From contig NIVC01000825.1 in the NCBI GenBank assembly GCA_002269645.1, positions 248,001 to 312,000 on the forward strand: a stretch of DNA of 64,000 bases, given 5' to 3'. Below, piece after piece: positions 57,951 to 64,000 of the stretch. The stretch is from Macrostomum lignano. Lineage: Eukaryota. The first letter of the stretch is position 1. Each line of letters starts with the position of its first letter. The position numbers and the translations under genes are program-made. The notes below the pieces were generated by a model. It did no database searches. It had not been told where the DNA came from and saw only the letters and a list, made by a program, of their open reading frames with translations.

Positions 57951-60900
57951 ATGTGGCCCTTCAACAAGCACCGATGGAAGCCACCGCATTGCAATCCGGC
58001 AGATTCTTCAAGCGACAGCAGCAGCCGGCGACAGCAGCCGGTTTTGCCTGCATCGCAGCCGGCCGACAGTGCCAACGGCACCTCCCCGACTGAGGCCGGG
58101 CCGCCGCAGCGCTGGCTGTTCTCGCAGGTGAAAGGCACCGCCTGGGAGGAGGTCAGTGAGCAGGATATAATCTCATGCGTTGAGTTCAACCACACCGGCC
58201 AGCTGCTGGCTACCGGGGACAAAGGCGGCAGGATAGTGGTGTTCCAGCGAGCCTCCAACGGTCTCTACAATGTCTATTCCACTTTCACTAGCCACGAGCC
58301 CGAGTTCGACTATTTAAAATCCTTGGAGATCGAAGAGAAAATCAATAAAATTCGTTGGCTACCCGTCAGAATGCCGCGCACTGTTTATTGTCAACCAATG
58401 ATAAAACTGTTAAACTCTGGCGCGTCAGCGAGAAGGACCGGGTGATGGAGCCGCCGGAGGCTGACCCGGAGGGGCCCGAGCTTCGGCTGCCTCGCTATGC
58501 TCCGGCCGAGTTAGTTGTGGAAGCGGCGCCTCGAAGGGTGTTTGCCAATGCTCACACCTACCATATCAATGCTATCTCGGTTAATAGCGACCAGGAAACC
58601 TTTCTTAGCGCTGACGATCTGCGAGTGAATCTCTGGCATTTGCAGGTGGGTTTGTATCTGTTTTAGTCGGATTTTAGCTCCCTGTGATGATTTGATTTCA
58701 ACTTTTTATCCCTTGAATGGGAATCTATGTTGATTAAATTGTAATTTAGATTGTTTATATATCGGGATTCAGATCCCTGGAAATAGGATTATGGGATTCA
58801 GATCCTTGGAAATAGGATTATGGGATTCAGATCCCTGGAATTGGGATTATGGGTTTCAGATCCTTGGAAATGGGATTATGGGATTCAGATCCCTGGAATT
58901 GGGATTATGAGTTTCAGATCCATAGGGTCCTAGGTCAGATCCTAGGGAATTAGGAGATTCTGGCATTCAGATCCCCGGAATTAGGAGATTCTGGCATTCA
59001 GATCCCCAGAATTAGAAGATTCTGGCATTCAGATCCCCGGAATTAGGAGATTCTGGCATTCAGATCCCCGGAATTAGGAGATTCTGGCATTCAGATCCCC
59101 GAATTAGGAGATTCTGGCATTCAGATCCCCGGAATTAGGAGATTCTGGCATTCAGATCCCCGGAATTAGGAGATTCTGGCATTCAGATCCCCGGAATTAG
59201 GAGATTCTGGCATTCAGATCCCTGGAATTAGGAGATTCTGGCATTCAGACCCCCGGAATTAGGAGATTCTGGCATTCAGACCCCCGGAATTAGGAGATTC
59301 TGGCATTCAGATCCCCGGAATTAGGAGATTCTAGGATTCAGATAGGGACTTTGGGATTCAGATCCCTGAACTTGAGAGATTCTGTCGTTCAATTCCTAGA
59401 ATTGGGATTTAATGTTTCAAATCTTATTCTGGAATTTGATCCCACCTGCCCACCAGATCACGGACCAGAGCTACAACATAGTCGACATCAAGCCGGCTAA
59501 CATGGAAGATCTCACAGAGGTGATCACCGCGGCCGAGTTCCATCCCAGCCACTGCCACCTGTTTGTGTACTCGAGCAGCAAGGGCTCCGTACGGCTGTGC
59601 GACATGCGACAGCGGGCCCTCTGCGACCAGCACGCCGCCATCTACGAGGAGGCTGACGACCCGGCTAATCGGTCCTTCTTCTCCGAGATTATCTCCTCTA
59701 TTAGCGATGTGAAATTTTCACATTCCGGTCGGTACCTGCTTAGTAGGGATTATTTGCAGCTTAAAGGTGAGTTGTGTTGCTTTTTTAGCTAGTAGATTTG
59801 CGGTCAAAATGAATAGCTTTGGAATCAAGATTTGATAGCTTTGGAATCAAGATTTGATAGCTTTGGAATCAAGATTTGATAGCTTTGGAATCAAGATTTG
59901 ATAGCTTTGGAATCAAGATTTGATAGCTTTGGAATCAAGATTTGATAGCTTTGGAATCAAGATTTGATAGCTTTGGAATCAAGATTTGATAGCTTTGGAA
60001 TCAAGATTGATAGCTTTGGAATCAAGATTGATAGCTTCGGAATCAAGATTTGATATCAGGGTTGAGACAGATTTGAGATCAGGGTTGAGACAGCTCTGAG
60101 ATCAGGGTTGAGACAGCTCTGAGATCAGGGTTGAGACAGCTCTGAGATCAGGGTTGAGACAGCTCTGAGATCAGGGTTGAGACAGCTCTGAGATCAGGGT
60201 TGAGACAGCTCTGAGATCAGGGTTGAGACAGCTCTGAGAATAGGGTTGAGACAGCTCTGAGAATAGGGTTGAGACAGCTCTGAGATCAGGGTTGAGACAG
60301 CTCTGAGATCAGGGTTGAGACAGCTCTGAGATCGAGAGGATTTCCCTCTCGAGAAGAATCGAGAGGATTTGTAGAATATATAATGACTAGTTAGGGCAGG
60401 TGCAAAGTGACTATCTATCCTCACCCTTGCCTGAATCGATGTGGGATTTCGACAAAAAAGACAGGGAAAAAACAGGGCAGCAGGTGGGGAGTGCTCGTAA
60501 TTTGCTTCTTCTGCAAAGCAGATTCGAGTTTCCACTTTACTTGTCTGCATGTATCTGCTTTGAGGATTATTTCAATTCTCCCCTCTCGCTCGCCTTTTAA
60601 TTAGAACGGTCATCTTCTAGCTTCTAAGGATCCGCTTTTGCCTCGTCGCCATTTTCAGTGTGGGACATGAACATGTGCAAGAAGCCAATCGAGGTCTATC
60701 CGGTGCACGAGCATTTCAGGCGGAATCTGTGCGCCCTGTACGAGAACGACTGCATATTTGACAAGTTCGAGTGCTGCTGGTCTGGAGATGACAAGTAGGC
60801 TTTGGCTTTGCCGGCTTTCGTTTAAATTTATTTGAAGGCGAATACTATGCTCAGGTGCAGCGGGGAGAGTGGGAAGAGCGGGTAGGAGTAAAGGAATAGA

Positions 60901-62064
60901 CAAAATGCAGGGAGCAGCCTAACAGGATGCAGGGAGCAGACTAACAGGATGCAGGGAACAGACTAACAGGATGCAGGGAACAGACTAACAGGATGCAGGG
61001 AACAGACTAACAGGATGCAGGGAGCAGACTAACAGGATGCAGGGAGCAGACTAACAGGATGCAGGGAGCAGACTAGACTGGATGCAGGGAGCAGACTAAC
61101 AGGATGCAGGGAACAGACTAGACTGGATGCTGGGAGCAGACTAGACTGGATGCAGGGAGCAGACTAACAGGATGCAGGGAACAGACTAACAGGATGCAGG
61201 GAGCAGACTAACAGGATGCAGGGAGCAGACTAACAGGATGCAGGGAGCAGACTAGACTGGATGCAGGGAGCAGACTAACAGGATGCAGGGAGCAGACTAG
61301 ACTGGATGCAGGGAGCAGACTAGACTGGATGCAGGGGGCAGACTAACAGGATGCAGGGAGCAGACTAACAGGATGCAGGGAGCAGACTAGACTGGATGCA
61401 GGGAGCAGACTAACAGGATGCAGGGAACAGACTAGACTGGATGCTGGGAGCAGACTAACAGGATGCAGGGAGCAGACTAACAGGATGCAGGGAGCAGACT
61501 AGACTGGATGCAGGGAGCAGACTAACAGGATGCAGGGAGCAGACTAACAGGATGCAGGGAGCAGACTAGACTGGATGCAGGGAGCAGACTAACAGGATGC
61601 AGGGAGCAGACTAACAGGATGCAGGGAGCAGACTAGACTGGATGCAGGGAGCAGATTAACAGGATGCAGGGAGCAGACTAACAGGATGCAGGGAGCAGAT
61701 CACCGTCTGGAGGACCATGGCGGATATCAAATGTGTTTGGCTGACCCGCCGCCACCCTATCCAGGCTGGTGTTCACCGGCTCCTACAACAACCTGTGGCG
61801 CGTGTTCAACCGGCAGCAGGGCTCCGAGCTCACCCTGGAGGCCAGCCGAGACGGCATGTCGCCTGGCACGGAGCTGCGCCCTCGCCGGGTTGTCCAGTCG
61901 GGCTCGAAGGCGCCCAGCAGAACCCGGGCGGCCTGGCCGAGCCAGTCTCAGCCGACAGTCTCGACTTGCAGAAGAAGATTCTCCACCTGGCCTGCCATCC
62001 CGGCGACAGCTGCTTGGCTCTGGCGGCCACCAACAATCTGTACATGATTGCCGGGGCGCGGTGA
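57951..62064 (+). CDS. PPP2R2A: PP2A regulatory subunit B55 (twins/PPP2R2), 4 coding exons, two apparent 1-nt frameshifts
   Basis: Exons 57951-58645, 59457-59766, 60659-60794 and 61765-62064. Motifs [79 protein letters not shown] and ATNNLY. The frame needs one extra C at 58362-58364 and at 61913-61915. The symbol names the family; the paralog cannot be assigned. Confidence 0.94.
58764..59370. repeat. 29-bp then 31-bp minisatellite, B55 intron 1
   Basis: AGATCCCTGGAAATAGGATTATGGGATTC x~5, then GGAATTAGGAGATTCTGGCATTCAGATCCCC x~12. Confidence 0.96.
59813..60332. repeat. Two abutting minisatellites (22 bp and 23 bp), B55 intron 2
   Basis: GATAGCTTTGGAATCAAGATTT x~11 to ~60054, then GAGATCAGGGTTGAGACAGCTCT x~12. 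Confidence 0.97.
60905..61700. repeat. 22/23-bp minisatellite, B55 intron 3
   Basis: AGGATGCAGGGAGCAGACTAAC, with variant ..GACTAGACTGGATG, ~36 copies. Confidence 0.97.
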
Positions 62065-62129
62065 CCGGATTCCTGCTGGCTGACACTTCTGTCTGTTCGT
62101 TCTGCCCTTGTCCTACGGTCGCTCGGCCT

Positions 62130-63230
62130 CTGTCTTACCCTATCAGCTCTTTGTCTCACCCTATCGGGTCTTTGTCAAACCCTATCAGCTCTTTGTGTCA
62201 CCCTGTCGGGTCTTTGTCAAACCCTATCAGCTCTTTGTCTCACCCTATCGGGTCTGTCAAACCCTATCAGCTCTTTGTCTCACCTTATCAGCTCTTTGTG
62301 TCACCCTGTCGGGTCTTTGTCAAACCCTATCAACTCTTGGTCTCACCCTATCGTCTCTTTGTCTCATTCTATCATTCCTATCAACTCTTTGTCTCACCCT
62401 ATCAGCTCTTTGTCTCACCCTGTTAGGTCTTTGTCAGTCTTTGTCAAACCCTATCAGCTCTTTGTCTCACCTTATCAGCTCTTTGTGTCACCCTGTCGGG
62501 TCTTTGTCAAACCCTATCAACTCTTGGTCTCACCCTATCGTCTCTTTGTCTCATTCTATCATTCCTATCAACTCTTTGTCTCACCCTATCAGCTCTTTGT
62601 CTCACCCTGTTAGGTCTTTGTCAGTCTTTGTCAAACCCTATCAGCTCTTTGTCTCACCTTATCAGCTCTTTGTGTCACCCTGTCGGGTCTTTGTCAAACC
62701 CTATCAACTCTTGGTCTCACCCTATCGTCTCTTTGTCTCATTCTATCATTCCTATCAACTCTTTGTCTCACCCTATCAGCTCTTTGTCTCACCCTGTTAG
62801 GTCTTTGTCAGTCTTTGTCAAACCCTATCAACTCTTGGTCTCACCCTATCAGCTCTTTGTCTCACCCTGTTAGGTCTTTGTCAAACCCTATCAACTCTTG
62901 GTCTCACCCTATCGTCTCTTTGTCTCACTCTATCAACTCTTTGTCTCACCCTATCAGCTCTTTGTCTCACCCTGTTAGGTCTTTGTCAAACCCTATCAAC
63001 TCTTGGTCTCACCCTATCGTCTCTTTGTCTCACTCTATCAACTCTTTGTCTCACCCTATCAGCTCTTTGTCTCACTCTATCAGCTCTTTGTCTCACTCTA
63101 TCAGCTCTTTGTCTCACTCTATCAGCTCTTTGTCTCACTCTATCAGCTCTTTGTCTCACTCTATCAACTCTTTGTCTCACCCCATTGGGTCTTTGTCAAA
63201 CCCTATCAGCTCTTTGTCTCACCTTATCGG
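62130..63230. repeat. 21-bp minisatellite with ~187-bp higher-order repeats, just 3' of the B55 stop
   Basis: TCACCCTATCAGCTCTTTGTC units; the marker TCAGTCTTTGTCAAACC recurs at 62434, 62621 and 62808. Confidence 0.95.
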
Positions 63231-64000
63231 TTCTTTGTTGCAACCTGTCGGTCCTTTGTCTCTCAATCCTCGCACCTCGAATATTTGTCTCACCCTCTCC
63301 TCATCCCAACTCAATAATCCTCATTCCCACCCTACTCAAATGCAACCTTCAGAAGAGCTGCTGATCATCATTAGTGGGGAATTTTTCATGCAGATCAAAC
63401 TAACAAGCTGTGCCGAGTTTTTGTCCTATATTCTCAATTCCCCCCGTCTGTTGCATCGTTGTTGAGTCGCTTTCTGGCTGCGTATCCATGGAAACGGGGA
63501 TTTTAAAACTATAACAGTTAGTGTTAGTTGCTAGCTATTAAATGCTCCATTCTCAATATCGCGTGAAACATGTTTGTCCTCACTTTGTCAATAGCGTCAA
63601 TACTAACAGTACTTGGCTCAATAAAATTATATTTATGAAATTGGCGCACTGTGCTACTATACAGTTTATTAAGTAGTATCGTGCGAAAAGTCAATAATAG
63701 GAGCTTATCTACTATTAAGGTAGTTTAAATAGGTGAATATATTACTTACAGTATTCAGAAGTGTTCTAAGCGACAGCAATCCTCGCTAGTGCAATATTCT
63801 TATCTCGCAGGGAAGCGTGTTGGCTGAATCATTCGTCCATTGCTATATTGTTATATTCTTTTTGTTTGTACAACATCGAACTGCAAATTCAAAGCAATGC
63901 AGGATCGGTTTTTTGTTATTTTTGCAGCTATTTTAATTCTAATAAAGACTGTCTTTAAGTTCCTACTGAAAGTTTCCATATTTTTTTTAATTTTATTTTC

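Noticed and set aside
62108-63465. ORFs of 80-230 aa after the B55 stop
   Set aside because: Translations of the 21-bp minisatellite.

Overview
Eukaryotic (animal) genomic DNA, with no prokaryotic features and no CRISPR. GC-rich exons, AT-rich introns and very high tandem-repeat density suggest an invertebrate, possibly a Macrostomum-like flatworm; this is inference only. 1-18.7 kb is a transposon cluster: a Gypsy remnant, two Tc1/IS630-like derivatives, an intron-containing Crypton-type tyrosine recombinase, and a ~11.9-kb decayed Gypsy LTR element on the minus strand. That element carries an extra ORF after pol, and a PHD/FLYWCH TIR element is inserted in its 3' LTR. 20.5-42.4 kb is a complete 10-exon NAP1 gene whose 17.95-kb intron 4 is about 99% a 28-bp satellite. 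43.3-47.3 kb is a second, 27-bp satellite that shares an exact 16-nt core with the first; each couples that core to a different short palindrome. 47.7-51.3 kb holds tRNA-derived CORE-SINEs (one split by a LINE fragment) and a PH-domain gene. At 55.6 kb there is a degenerate 28S rRNA fragment centred on the R2 target site. 58-62 kb is a PP2A B55 gene in which every intron is filled by its own minisatellite. All alignments, counts and identities were made by eye.
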